The translations under genes and the position numbers were made by a program. The notes under the pieces were generated by a model. The model made no database searches. It worked only from the letters and a program-made list of their open reading frames with translations, and had not been told where the DNA came from. A stretch of DNA of 64,000 nucleotides. Source: Candidatus Dojkabacteria bacterium. Lineage in GTDB: Bacteria; Patescibacteriota; Dojkabacteria; SC72; JAFGCJ01. Of the stretch, positions 16,218 to 26,390 are shown piece after piece. Where the stretch lies: NCBI GenBank assembly GCA_016932785.1, contig JAFGCJ010000004.1, positions 5,447 through 69,446 of the forward strand, given 5' to 3'. Position 1 is the first letter of the stretch. The number at the start of each line of letters is the position of its first letter.

Positions 16218-18170
16218 ATGGCTGATTCCAGTGCAGGCAAAGTTTCAAAAAAGGCTAAATATGCTCAGACCCGGATTGGTTGGATGGATATCAAGCCGCT
16301 AAAGGGCCATGATGTGGGTATCAGGGAGGGCCAAGATACTGCTCTGTGGCGTGTTACCTACATATATGTCACTGTTGCTGTTGTATTTCTGGTGCTCATT
16401 GTTGCTGTTGTGAATCTTCAGGTTGTCCATGGACGTGAGTATAGATCGCTCTCGAAAGAGAATCGTTTGGAAGAACATGTAATTCAACCGGATCGTGGAG
16501 TGGTATATGACCGATTTGGGGAAAAGATTGCAATAAATGTGCCAACATTCGATCTGATGCTTAATCCACGGGAGATTGAAGAGGAGGATCTTGATGGGGT
16601 TTTCGAAAAACTTGGCGATATTGTTGACAAGTCTTCTGATGAGCTCAGGGAAAAATATGAGAAAGCTATGGAGATTGAACCTCTTTCTAGGAGAGTTCTG
16701 TTGGTTCAGGACATTACCAGGGATCAGGTTCTTGAGATACGTGCTAATTCAGATGATCTAAATGGTGTTTGGGTGGACTATTCATCAAAGAGAAAGTATA
16801 CGGGTGGAGATAGTTTTGCTCATATATTGGGATATACCGCTGAAGCTTCAGAAAACGAGATTGAGAACTCGGATGAAGTAAGTGTTGGCGACATTGTCGG
16901 TCGTGAAGGTATAGAGAATTATTATGATGATAGGTTAAGGGGAGAGAAAGGTAAAAGGATCATCGAGATTGATGCTGCCCAGAATGTTACGGCAGAGCAT
17001 GTAAATATTGGCAGTGAGCCAATTCCTGGGGATAGTTTGTACCTAACTATTGACTCGAAATCTCAGAAGAAGTTGAGTGAGATATTGCTAAAAGGCGTAA
17101 AGACATATGATGCTACTGGGGCTTCGGCAATCCTTGAAGATGTTAATACGGGTGAAATATGGGCTGCTGTCAGTGTTCCGGCCTATGACAATAATAAGTT
17201 TATAGGAGGGATCTCAGAAAAGGATTATAAGAAACTGAATGAGGACGAGAGGTTGCCGCTGTTTAATAGAATTATTTCTGAGCAGCAACCGCCTGGGTCT
17301 ATGTTCAAAACAATAGTGGCAAGTGCAGCCCTTCAAGAGGGAGCGATTACTCGGGATACAGTCTTTGTGAGTACAGGCGTGATGTATTTAGGTGGAAATA
17401 CTCCATTTCAGGAATATCATCAGCATGCATATGGACCGTTGAATTTGATAGGTGGTATAGCTAAATCCAGCAACATCTATTTTTGCAACACAATGTTGGA
17501 GCTTGGGATAGAAAAGTTTGTACCTTATGCCGAGTTCTTTGGAATTGGAGAAGAGACTGGAGTCGATATTCCAGGTGAGATGGCTGGTCGTTTGCCTTCC
17601 CCAGAGAACAAGATTGCTTTGGCCGAAACAAGTCCTTGGCTTGATCCAATTTGGTATCCAGAAGGCGATGCGTGTAACACCGCAATCGGTCAGGGAATTA
17701 CCTTGGTAACGCCAATTCAAGTAGCGAATTGGGCAGCGACCATTGCAAACGGAGGTACAGTTATGCAACCACGGTTTGCATATAAATGGGAGTCTCCTAA
17801 TTCAGTTGAAGACAATTCGGGAGATGACGAAAAAGTAGAATCGGTTGAGGTTCGAAGTGGAAAAGTTAGTGATAGCAATCTTGCTTTGGTGAGGGAGGGT
17901 ATGAGAAACAGTGCCTCCGGTCCTTTAAGTGTTATTGTTCCATTGAGAAATACCGTTGTGCCTGTCGCTGGAAAAACAGGGACCGCTGAATTTGGCGTTA
18001 AGGATGAAAGAGGGTATTACACCAGCACTCACGCTTGGGTTATGGGATTTTTCCCCTATGATAATCCGAGATTTAGCTTTGTGGTATTTCTTGAGGGTGG
18101 TGGTGAGAGTAATAATTCTGCAGCGTTGGCAGCGGAGTTTGTTAACTGGTTTGCGGAGGAGAGGTTGTAG
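16218..18170 (+). CDS. mrdA: penicillin-binding protein 2 (elongasome transpeptidase)
   Basis: PBP dimerisation domain plus transpeptidase motifs: PGSMFK (SxxK), the KSSN region and KTGTAE (KTG). Confidence 0.9.
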   Translation: MADSSAGKVSKKAKYAQTRIGWMDIKPLKGHDVGIREGQDTALWRVTYIYVTVAVVFLVLIVAVVNLQVVHGREYRSLSKENRLEEHVIQPDRGVVYDRFGEKIAINVPTFDLMLNPREIEEEDLDGVFEKLGDIVDKSSDELREKYEKAMEIEPLSRRVLLVQDITRDQVLEIRANSDDLNGVWVDYSSKRKYTGGDSFAHILGYTAEASENEIENSDEVSVGDIVGREGIENYYDDRLRGEKGKRIIEIDAAQNVTAEHVNIGSEPIPGDSLYLTIDSKSQKKLSEILLKGVKTYDATGASAILEDVNTGEIWAAVSVPAYDNNKFIGGISEKDYKKLNEDERLPLFNRIISEQQPPGSMFKTIVASAALQEGAITRDTVFVSTGVMYLGGNTPFQEYHQHAYGPLNLIGGIAKSSNIYFCNTMLELGIEKFVPYAEFFGIGEETGVDIPGEMAGRLPSPENKIALAETSPWLDPIWYPEGDACNTAIGQGITLVTPIQVANWAATIANGGTVMQPRFAYKWESPNSVEDNSGDDEKVESVEVRSGKVSDSNLALVREGMRNSASGPLSVIVPLRNTVVPVAGKTGTAEFGVKDERGYYTSTHAWVMGFFPYDNPRFSFVVFLEGGGESNNSAALAAEFVNWFAEERL

Positions 18171-18331
18171 GGGGAGGAGTTGTTTCGGGTGTGAACGGTT
18201 GTATTAACTGTGACATAGTGTAATCTTGTTTTAATAATAATTAGTAGAAACGAATACTCCTAGATCTGTACTGTCTACTCAACTGCAATTTTTTAATCAT
18301 TTCTTAATATTTGTACTGTATCCTTTGAGAT

Positions 18332-19462
18332 ATGGTGGCTGACATATTACTAGCTCTGTATTCTCGTCGGGGGATAGGGTCGGTCACCGTAAAGAGGATC
18401 TGGAGTAGGTATAGAAAGTGTCGCGATATAAAAAGAGCGGTTCGCTGGGTATTGCGTGAATCTTTGAATTTTAAAGATCTAGAATTTCAATCGTTTTCTA
18501 TTAAGAGGAATCTTTCAGATCATGCAGTGCACTGGGTTCCATTCTGGTCCAGCAGTTATCCTCGGAAACTTAGACAGATTACTGATTTTCCGGCTTTCAT
18601 TTTCTATAAGGGAGATTTATCTAAAGATATACTGAATAAAGGCGGAGGGACGGTTGCAATTGTAGGAACCAGGTCGATGTCCGAATATGGTGCCAGGATG
18701 ACCAGGGAGATTGTCAGACCGTTGGTAAGATCTGGTGTGACCATTGTAAGTGGTTTGGCTAGCGGCGTTGATTCCCTGGCACACGAACTTGCTCTAGATG
18801 TTTCTAATGACTGTTATCCAGTTGCTGTGTTACCGGGTGGACCGGAAGATGGGTTCCCGGAGATGAGTAGAGGTCTTTATAACAATATAGTGAAGAGCGG
18901 GCTTGTTATCTCAGAATTTCTTCCAGGTACCAAGATTACGCCGAATATGTTTGCGAGTAGGAACAGATTAATAGCCGGGCTTAGTGATTGTGTTGTTGTA
19001 GTTGAGGCTCCATTGAAGAGTGGTGCTCTAATTACCGCCGATCTTGCACTTCAATATGGAAGGGATGTTTGCGCAGTTCCTGGAAGAGCTGTGGACAGTG
19101 GTTCCCTTGGGGTGAATAAATTAATTCAAGAAGGAGCTGCTCTAGTAAATAACGGGTATGAAGTTATTGAGATAATGGGAGGTGGGAGGGGATCTGATAG
19201 AGACGATTCTCAAAATGATTTATCCCAAGAGAATATTCAATTAAGAAATATAAATAAAGTACGACATTTACTGGATGGTTTAGAGGTTTTAAGCTCAATT
19301 GAAGAGGAGATTATTTCTAGAATAAATGAAAATACTCTGGATGTTGATTTCATTGTTAACAAAGCTGGGAAGAGCCCTTCGGAGGTGAGATCTATCTTGA
19401 CAAAGCTTGAAATAGAGGGTATTTTGAGGCTCGATTACAGAGGAAAAATAAAGTTTGAATAG
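18332..19462 (+). CDS. dprA: DNA-processing protein DprA
   Basis: VAIVGTRSMSEYG...GLASGVDSLAHE...FASRNRLIAGLS...VVVEAPLKSGALITA. Confidence 0.9.
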   Translation: MVADILLALYSRRGIGSVTVKRIWSRYRKCRDIKRAVRWVLRESLNFKDLEFQSFSIKRNLSDHAVHWVPFWSSSYPRKLRQITDFPAFIFYKGDLSKDILNKGGGTVAIVGTRSMSEYGARMTREIVRPLVRSGVTIVSGLASGVDSLAHELALDVSNDCYPVAVLPGGPEDGFPEMSRGLYNNIVKSGLVISEFLPGTKITPNMFASRNRLIAGLSDCVVVVEAPLKSGALITADLALQYGRDVCAVPGRAVDSGSLGVNKLIQEGAALVNNGYEVIEIMGGGRGSDRDDSQNDLSQENIQLRNINKVRHLLDGLEVLSSIEEEIISRINENTLDVDFIVNKAGKSPSEVRSILTKLEIEGILRLDYRGKIKFE

Positions 19463-19467
19463 TTACT

Positions 19468-21597
19468 ATGTCAAAGCTTGTAGTTGTTGAGTCGCCTGCG
19501 AAGGCCAAAACAATTGAGAGATATCTAGGTAAAGATTATAAGGTTGCAGCTACCATGGGTCACATAATGGATCTCCCCAAAAGCAAGCTAGCGGTCGACG
19601 TCGACAATAGATATGAGGCGAAGTACACAGTTATTCACGGAAAGAAAAAAGTAATAACAGCTTTGAGGAAATTACTTCCTCAAAACGATCAAAATGTTTA
19701 CTTAGCTATGGACCCAGATCGGGAGGGAGAGGCAATTGCGGCACATGTGGCCCAGTCGCTTAAGCTTAAGAAGCCTAGTCGAGTAGTATTTCATGAGATT
19801 ACAAAGGACGCTGTTCTTGAAGCTGTTGAAAATCCTGAGAATATAAATGAGGATTTGGTTGAAGCCCAGAAAGCACGGCGTATACTTGATAGACTTGTTG
19901 GATACAAGCTCTCAGAACTTCTCTGGAAGAAGATTTGGTATGGTCTCTCAGCAGGAAGGGTTCAGTCTGTGGCAACGAGGCTGATTGTGGAAAGGGAACG
20001 CGAGCGTCTCGAGTTTAAACCCGACGAGTTCTGGAATATTACCTCATATCTGAAGAAAGATAACGATCAATCCTTTGCATCGAAACTTGAGAGAAAGAAC
20101 GGTAAGAAATTGGTGCCTTCTTCGGAGAAGGAGACAAAAGTTATTCTTACAGATCTGGATGGAGCAGATTGGATCGTAGATTCAGTTGATACCAAAAGCA
20201 AAACGCAGCATCCGTATCCGCCATTTACAACATCAACTCTTCAGCAGGCAGCAAACAACTATCTTGGGTATAGTGCGAAAAGAACAATGCAGATTGCTCA
20301 GCAGTTGTACCAGGGAGTTAAGATCAAGGGGAAGGGACAGGTCGGACTTATTACCTATATGAGAACAGATTCCTTCAATCTTGCCCAGCAGGCGGTCAAT
20401 GCTATTCGCAGCAGGATCGAGAAAGACTATGGTAAGAAGTATCTGCCCGAGAAACCTAAGTACTATAAAACTCGGAGTAAGTCGGCGCAGGAAGCGCATG
20501 AGGCTATAAGACCAACACATTTTGATATACATCCTGATGATGTAAAAGAGTCTCTCTCGTCCCCGCAGTATCGGCTCTATAAGATCATATGGGATCGTGC
20601 AATGGGGTGTCAGATGAGTTCAATGGAATACAATGTCTTGGAGGTTTGGATAGGTGCGGTTTGCGATAAGGAGCTTACCTATAACTTCTTTGTTAGGGGG
20701 CATGAGGTAAAGTTTGACGGATTTGCGAGAGCTACTGGGTCTAGACTGTTGAGGACTGACGAGAATGTGCAGCAGATTTCGGGAATTCAAAAAGGTGACA
20801 TTTTGGATTGTGAAAAAATTGAGACCGAACAGAAATTTACAAAGCCTCGGCCGCGCTATACTGAGGCTTCGCTTGTTAAGACTCTTGAGAAGTATGGGAT
20901 AGGAAGACCTTCAACGTATGCAACAATTATTTCGACGGTGCAGTCCCGGGGCTATGTTGGTAAGGAGGGTAGATATCTGTTTCCGACAGATCTTGGGTTT
21001 GTGGTTACGGATTTTCTAGTTGAGCATTTCAGTGACATAGTTGATTACGACTTTACATCAGAGGTTGAGGAGGATCTCGATGAGATAGCTGAAGGCAAGA
21101 TGGAACTGGTTCCCGTTATGGACAAAGTGTATAAACCACTTGAGAAGGACATTAAAATTAAAGAAAAAGAGATTGATAAAAAAGACATTGTTATTCTGGG
21201 TAAGTCCGAACACAAATGTCCAGAGTGCGGAGGGGAAATGGTTATCAGATTAGGTAGAAATGGTAAATTCCTGAGTTGTGCAAAGTTTCCAGAATGTAAG
21301 GGAATGCTGGGTGTTGATGGAAAGACATTGGAAGAGTCTTTCGATGAGGAGAAATATTTGAAATCTGATCCGTGCAAGGAGTGTGGCAGTAGGATGGTTT
21401 TGAAAAGTGGAAAATTCGGGAAGTTTTGGGCATGTGAGAAATATCCTGATTGTAAAACGACAGCGCCCCTTCTTCTTAAAGAGAAATGTCCTGAGTGTGG
21501 ATCAAATCTGGTTGAAAGAAAGGGAAGGTGGGGGAAACCTTTTATTGGCTGCAGCGGTTATCCTAAGTGTCGATATATTAAGAAAGAAAAAAAGTAA
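19468..21597 (+). CDS. topA: DNA topoisomerase I with C-terminal zinc ribbons
   Basis: TOPRIM domain (LVVVESPAKAKTIERYLG), active-site region (GLITYMRTDS), and four CxxC...CxxC fingers. Confidence 0.95.
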   Translation: MSKLVVVESPAKAKTIERYLGKDYKVAATMGHIMDLPKSKLAVDVDNRYEAKYTVIHGKKKVITALRKLLPQNDQNVYLAMDPDREGEAIAAHVAQSLKLKKPSRVVFHEITKDAVLEAVENPENINEDLVEAQKARRILDRLVGYKLSELLWKKIWYGLSAGRVQSVATRLIVERERERLEFKPDEFWNITSYLKKDNDQSFASKLERKNGKKLVPSSEKETKVILTDLDGADWIVDSVDTKSKTQHPYPPFTTSTLQQAANNYLGYSAKRTMQIAQQLYQGVKIKGKGQVGLITYMRTDSFNLAQQAVNAIRSRIEKDYGKKYLPEKPKYYKTRSKSAQEAHEAIRPTHFDIHPDDVKESLSSPQYRLYKIIWDRAMGCQMSSMEYNVLEVWIGAVCDKELTYNFFVRGHEVKFDGFARATGSRLLRTDENVQQISGIQKGDILDCEKIETEQKFTKPRPRYTEASLVKTLEKYGIGRPSTYATIISTVQSRGYVGKEGRYLFPTDLGFVVTDFLVEHFSDIVDYDFTSEVEEDLDEIAEGKMELVPVMDKVYKPLEKDIKIKEKEIDKKDIVILGKSEHKCPECGGEMVIRLGRNGKFLSCAKFPECKGMLGVDGKTLEESFDEEKYLKSDPCKECGSRMVLKSGKFGKFWACEKYPDCKTTAPLLLKEKCPECGSNLVERKGRWGKPFIGCSGYPKCRYIKKEKK

Positions 21598-21679
21598 CCT
21601 TCTTTCTATCCTCAAAAGTCTCATACATTATCTTCGTTTTTTAATCTTCTGTTAACCTTCGCAAATTATAATTTGTGAA

Positions 21680-22288
21680 ATGGGTCTTCTTCCTAGGGAA
21701 AAATTACTTGAATCGGGGCTTGATAGTCTTTCAGACGAGGAACTGGTGGCATTGGTTATTGGATCAGGAATTGAGGGGAAAGGGTTTCTTCTTGTGGCAC
21801 GCGAGGTTTTCAGGCTTCTATACCGGAGAATACCATCAGGTAATGTGTCGTGGCAGGAGTTGACCAAGGTTAAAGGGGTAGGTGATATAAAGGCTATAAA
21901 AGTGGTTTGTGCGGTTGAGCTTGGAAGAAGAATATTCGGTTCTGACATTGAAAGCAGGCTGATAATAAAGTCACGGGACGATGTTGTGCGGGAAGTCGCT
22001 TATTTAAGAAGGAGGAAGCAGGAACATGTTGTAGTTTTGCTGTTGAATGCTCGAAACGAATTAGTAGGCAAAAATACCATTGCAATAGGGTCTGTTAACA
22101 AGGCCCTAGTTCAACCGAGAGAAGTTTTTAGATATGCCATAGAGAAAGGGGCTGTTGGAGTAATTATTGTGCACAATCATCCATCTGGGGATACGGATCC
22201 AAGTCTGGCTGATAAAAAATTTACGACTAGAATAAAAAAAGCTGGAGAAATAATAGGGATAGAGCTGGTAGATCATGTGATCGTTTGA
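21680..22288 (+). CDS. radC: RadC-like JAB domain protein
   Basis: The HhH region and the HNHPSGD JAMM motif; ends in TGA. Confidence 0.9.
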   Translation: MGLLPREKLLESGLDSLSDEELVALVIGSGIEGKGFLLVAREVFRLLYRRIPSGNVSWQELTKVKGVGDIKAIKVVCAVELGRRIFGSDIESRLIIKSRDDVVREVAYLRRRKQEHVVVLLLNARNELVGKNTIAIGSVNKALVQPREVFRYAIEKGAVGVIIVHNHPSGDTDPSLADKKFTTRIKKAGEIIGIELVDHVIV

Positions 22289-22315
22289 GTTATGATAAGA
22301 CTTGCACAGTTAGTC

Positions 22316-23608
22316 TTAAAGTTCTGAATATATTGGAAATCTGGATGTTAGCTTATGGACTTTATCTTTTATATTGTTTATTTCAGCTATTGATGTGATA
22401 GCTTCTCTAACTTCTGCTCTTGTGGTTTTGGGTTCGAATTTTGTTGTATTAAGAGTTTCTTCTATTAGGGATGCAATTTCTGGCATTTCTTTTTCCCTCA
22501 TTCCTCTTGTTGTCACGGCTGGAGTTCCTAACCGTATTCCGGTTGGTCTCCACGGAGTTCCAGTTTCGTATGGGATGGTATTTTTGTTTGTGATTATGTC
22601 CGTAGCCTCAAGAAGCTCAGCTGCAATAAGTCCATCCGGTTGCTTTGCTCTGATGTCGACTAAAATTAAATGTTTTTCTGTCCCTCCGGATATTACGCGG
22701 AAACCGAGTTTTGATAGTTCTTCACTCAAGGTCTTTGCATTTAGGATTACCTGTTTTGAGTATTCACGGAATTCACTAGACGATGCTTCTTTCAGTGCTA
22801 CTGCTATTCCTGCTATTGAATTAATCATGGGCCCTCCCTGTAGACCTGGGAAAACAGCTCGATCGATTGCTTCTGCAAGCTCCGATCTGGTAAATATCAA
22901 AGTACCGATTGGTCCTCTAAGAGTTTTCCGTGTTGTCATCGTTACGAAGTCGGCGTGGGGAAAAGGGCTGTTCAGTAATCCGGAGGCAATAAGACCAGCT
23001 TCATGTGCTATATCCGCAAGATAGTATGCACCAATGGATTTTGCTATTTCTCCGAGTCTTGAATGGTCAATATCTCTAGGGTATGCCGTTCCTCCAGATA
23101 TGATCAGCTTGGGCCTTACTTCTTGGGCCTGTTTCTCAATTTCGTCATAGTCAAATGTTTCTGTTTCTTTATCTACTTTGTAGAAGTAGGAGTCATAGAT
23201 CTTTCCTGAGAAGCTGACGTTTTTACCGTCTTCTAATTTCCATCCATGACTTAGGTGGCCCCCATGGGGGAGGTGCATGGCAAGAATTCTATCTCCGGGT
23301 TCAAGTACGGAGTTGTAAACAGCAAGGTTTCCTATACTTCCAAGGACTGCTTGGACATTTACGTGCCATTTCTCTGGAGATAGTCCAAATAAACTGAGAG
23401 CTCTTTCTTGACAGAGGGTTTCTATTTCATCCATATTCTTGTTGCCTTGGTAGTATCTCTTACCTGGGTAGTTTTCTGCGTATTTGTTCATCAGAATCGA
23501 GCCTACGGCTTTCATCACAGCAGGCCTAACATAGTTTTCTGAGGGAATGAGTTTGAGCTGTTGTTGTTGGTATTTGAGTTCTTTACTTATTAGGTTTTCT
23601 ATATCCAT
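22316..23608 (-). CDS. glyA: serine hydroxymethyltransferase
   Basis: LIPSENY...AENYPGKRYY...TTRKTLRGP (PLP lysine region). Confidence 0.95.
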   Translation of the reverse strand: MDIENLISKELKYQQQQLKLIPSENYVRPAVMKAVGSILMNKYAENYPGKRYYQGNKNMDEIETLCQERALSLFGLSPEKWHVNVQAVLGSIGNLAVYNSVLEPGDRILAMHLPHGGHLSHGWKLEDGKNVSFSGKIYDSYFYKVDKETETFDYDEIEKQAQEVRPKLIISGGTAYPRDIDHSRLGEIAKSIGAYYLADIAHEAGLIASGLLNSPFPHADFVTMTTRKTLRGPIGTLIFTRSELAEAIDRAVFPGLQGGPMINSIAGIAVALKEASSSEFREYSKQVILNAKTLSEELSKLGFRVISGGTEKHLILVDIRAKQPDGLIAAELLEATDIITNKNTIPYETGTPWRPTGIRLGTPAVTTRGMREKEMPEIASLIEETLNTTKFEPKTTRAEVREAITSIAEINNIKDKVHKLTSRFPIYSEL

Positions 23609-23845
23609 TTCCTGGATTGTTAATTAGGATGGAATTGATTATACAACAATTGTGTGGGTTTGATTGTTCCTTTTATCTCAAAATATAGTAGAGAGAGAAA
23701 TGTAGTCTAGTAGAAACAGAGCTTTTGTGCTGATGGGGTCTAGGTTTGTCTGTAGGCATTTTTAGAGGTTAGTAGGGAAAAGCCTGTGTGAGTCCGTGAC
23801 AGTATGTGATATTCTGCTCAATATGTTATTTCTTATTTTGATTTG

Positions 23846-24352
23846 ATGGATCCAAAGATTAAGATTGAGAAAGTAGCTAGTGATGTAATAACTCCTGAGC
23901 GGGCTTATCCTACAGATTCGGGGATAGATGTCTGGGCATATGGGTTTATGAAGCTTTTTAGAGGTGACAAAGAAATAGAAGAGATAGGTGGAAAAGTTTT
24001 AGCGGAGGCTGATTCGATAAAGCTCAACTCATTTGATAGAGTGCTTATAAGTACAGGTGTTAAAGCAACAGTAGCTCCCGGCTATGAGATACAGGTTCGA
24101 CCTAGGAGTGGTCTTGCACTTAAGCAGGGGCTTTCTGTTCTTAATACGCCTGGCACTGTAGATGAACAGTATAGGGGAATAGTCGGCGTGATCTTGGTTA
24201 ATCTTTCAGGTACACAACAGATAATATCGAAGGGTGACAAAGTTGCTCAGTTGGTTGTGTGCAAGGTGGTTCTCTCTGATGTAGAATTGATTGATAGTCT
24301 TGAGGATACCCAGCGTGGATCTGGTGGTTTTGGATCTACTGGTTCTAACTAG
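23846..24352 (+). CDS. dut: dUTP diphosphatase
   Basis: DSGIDV...RPRSGLALK...GTVDEQYRG...RGSGGFGSTG motifs. Confidence 0.9.
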   Translation: MDPKIKIEKVASDVITPERAYPTDSGIDVWAYGFMKLFRGDKEIEEIGGKVLAEADSIKLNSFDRVLISTGVKATVAPGYEIQVRPRSGLALKQGLSVLNTPGTVDEQYRGIVGVILVNLSGTQQIISKGDKVAQLVVCKVVLSDVELIDSLEDTQRGSGGFGSTGSN

Positions 24353-24366
24353 TTATAATTTTCTTC

Positions 24367-26232
24367 ATGGGGCGCACAAAAAAAACTGTACGTAAAAAAT
24401 TGTCTCTGAGCCCAAAACAGTTGATAGAGGAGTATATAGAGGATGATGACTTTTCCAGGAGGGGAGCAGCTGCTATCGGGAAGAGGGGTAAAAAGGTTGC
24501 TACTGCTGCCGATCTGGGTTCCTATTCAAAAGAAGGAGCCAATGTCATGTACAGTTTCCCTGGGTTGCTCAATAGTGTCTTTGAGAAGGTTAGTAAACTG
24601 TATTTTCTGAATGAAGATCTACCAAAGGAGTCAGCCAGTGCCCATCTTGATGGTGACATTTACATTCATGATCTTGGTAAGGGTATGGTCGGGTACTGTG
24701 CTGGTTGGAGTTTGATGAAGCTTCTTGTGGAGGGTCTTAATGGTGTGCCAGACAGAATGTCTAGTACACCTCCAAAGCATCTTCATTCGGCTGTGGATCA
24801 GATGGGAAGGTTTATTCAGATTGTTTGCAATGAGTGGGCTGGAGCACAGGCGTTCAGCTCGGTTGATACGTATCTTGCGCCTTATGTTTATTATGATGGT
24901 TTACCCTATCGGGAGATTAAACAGAATATCCAGAGGCTTTTCTTTATGCTGAATACAACAATTCGTCATGGGGGCAAGGTGCCTTTTAGCAATATATCGC
25001 TTGACTGGGAGATACCCGAAGATCTTGCAGGCCAGAAGGTTGTGATTGGTGGCAAAGTTATGAAGGAAAAATATGGCGAGTTTCAGCGGGAGGCTGATCT
25101 TATAAATAGAGCTATACTTGAGGTATTTATGGAAGGCGATAGTTCAGAACAGCCATTTTCATATCCGATTCCCACATACAATCTAACCAAGGATTTTGAT
25201 TGGGATAGCTCAAATGCTGACTTGTTATTCGAATTGACTGCAAAATATGGGACACCGTATTTTCAGAATTTCATTAACAGCGATCTAAATCCTAGAGATG
25301 TCCGAGCCATGTGCTGCAGGCTTCAGATGAACCTTAAGGATCTTGCCAATAAAACTGGAGGGTTATTTGGGGCTGGGGAGTCAACAGGTTCTGTTTGTGT
25401 GGTTGATGTGAATCTTGGGAGGGTTGGGTACGAGGCAAAAGGGAAGTCTGAAAAAGAGTTGTTCAATATCCTGAAAAAGAAGATGGATCTTTGCCGGGAC
25501 GTTCTGGAGCATAAGCGCAAGTATATAACTGAGAACCTTGAGCGGGGTCTTATGCCATATACCAAGAGATATTTGGGGAGTTTCCGGACGTTTTTCAATA
25601 CAGTGGGACTTGTTGGTATGAATGAGATGTTGGTCAATTACATGGGGAAAACGCTGGCAGAAGTAGAGGCTCGTGACTTGGGTGTAAAGGTACTTAGATT
25701 TATGAAAAAAACAATTCAGAAGTATCAGGAGGACTCGGGGAATATTTATAACCTCGAGGCGAGTCCGGCTGAAAGTGCATCGTATCATTTGGCAAGGCTT
25801 GATAAAGAGAAATATCCAGATATTTTTACCCAAGGAAATGGTGATCCTTACTATACAAATTCGAGTCAGTTACCGGTAGATGCTACGGATGATCTTTTTG
25901 AAGCGCTGGATCTTCAGGAACCTTTACAGCGTGAGTATACAGGTGGAACAGTTTTCCATGTCTATCTCGGGGAGAGACTAAGAAATGCCGAAGAGTGCAG
26001 GAAGATGGTTAAGAAAATCGCCAGCAGTTATAAGGTTCCTTATTTCTCTATCACTCCTACTTTTAGCGTTTGTCAGGAACATGGGTATATTAAAGGTGAG
26101 GTACAGGAGTGTCCTAAGTGTGGTGGACAGACATATATATATAGTCGTGTGGTCGGGTATTATAGACCGGTCGTTCGGTGGAATAAGGGTAAGTCCTCTG
26201 AATATAGGGACCGGAAGACATTTAAGGTTTAG
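24367..26232 (+). CDS. nrdD: anaerobic ribonucleoside-triphosphate reductase (class III)
   Basis: 621 aa, with a C-terminal zinc ribbon (CQEHG...CPKCGG) and the glycyl-radical motif SRVVGYYRP. Confidence 0.93.
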   Translation: MGRTKKTVRKKLSLSPKQLIEEYIEDDDFSRRGAAAIGKRGKKVATAADLGSYSKEGANVMYSFPGLLNSVFEKVSKLYFLNEDLPKESASAHLDGDIYIHDLGKGMVGYCAGWSLMKLLVEGLNGVPDRMSSTPPKHLHSAVDQMGRFIQIVCNEWAGAQAFSSVDTYLAPYVYYDGLPYREIKQNIQRLFFMLNTTIRHGGKVPFSNISLDWEIPEDLAGQKVVIGGKVMKEKYGEFQREADLINRAILEVFMEGDSSEQPFSYPIPTYNLTKDFDWDSSNADLLFELTAKYGTPYFQNFINSDLNPRDVRAMCCRLQMNLKDLANKTGGLFGAGESTGSVCVVDVNLGRVGYEAKGKSEKELFNILKKKMDLCRDVLEHKRKYITENLERGLMPYTKRYLGSFRTFFNTVGLVGMNEMLVNYMGKTLAEVEARDLGVKVLRFMKKTIQKYQEDSGNIYNLEASPAESASYHLARLDKEKYPDIFTQGNGDPYYTNSSQLPVDATDDLFEALDLQEPLQREYTGGTVFHVYLGERLRNAEECRKMVKKIASSYKVPYFSITPTFSVCQEHGYIKGEVQECPKCGGQTYIYSRVVGYYRPVVRWNKGKSSEYRDRKTFKV

Positions 26233-26390
26233 AATTCTTGTCACAGCCAGGCACGAAGCTTGCTTTTTGTGGTCAATATTTGGTATTATCCTCAACGAAA
26301 TATTTAATCTTACACACTCTGACGACCTTCTTGACCTTAGGCTATCTAGCTTTGAGGTAAGACAGAGTGGGTGTTTTAAAGGAGGTACAA

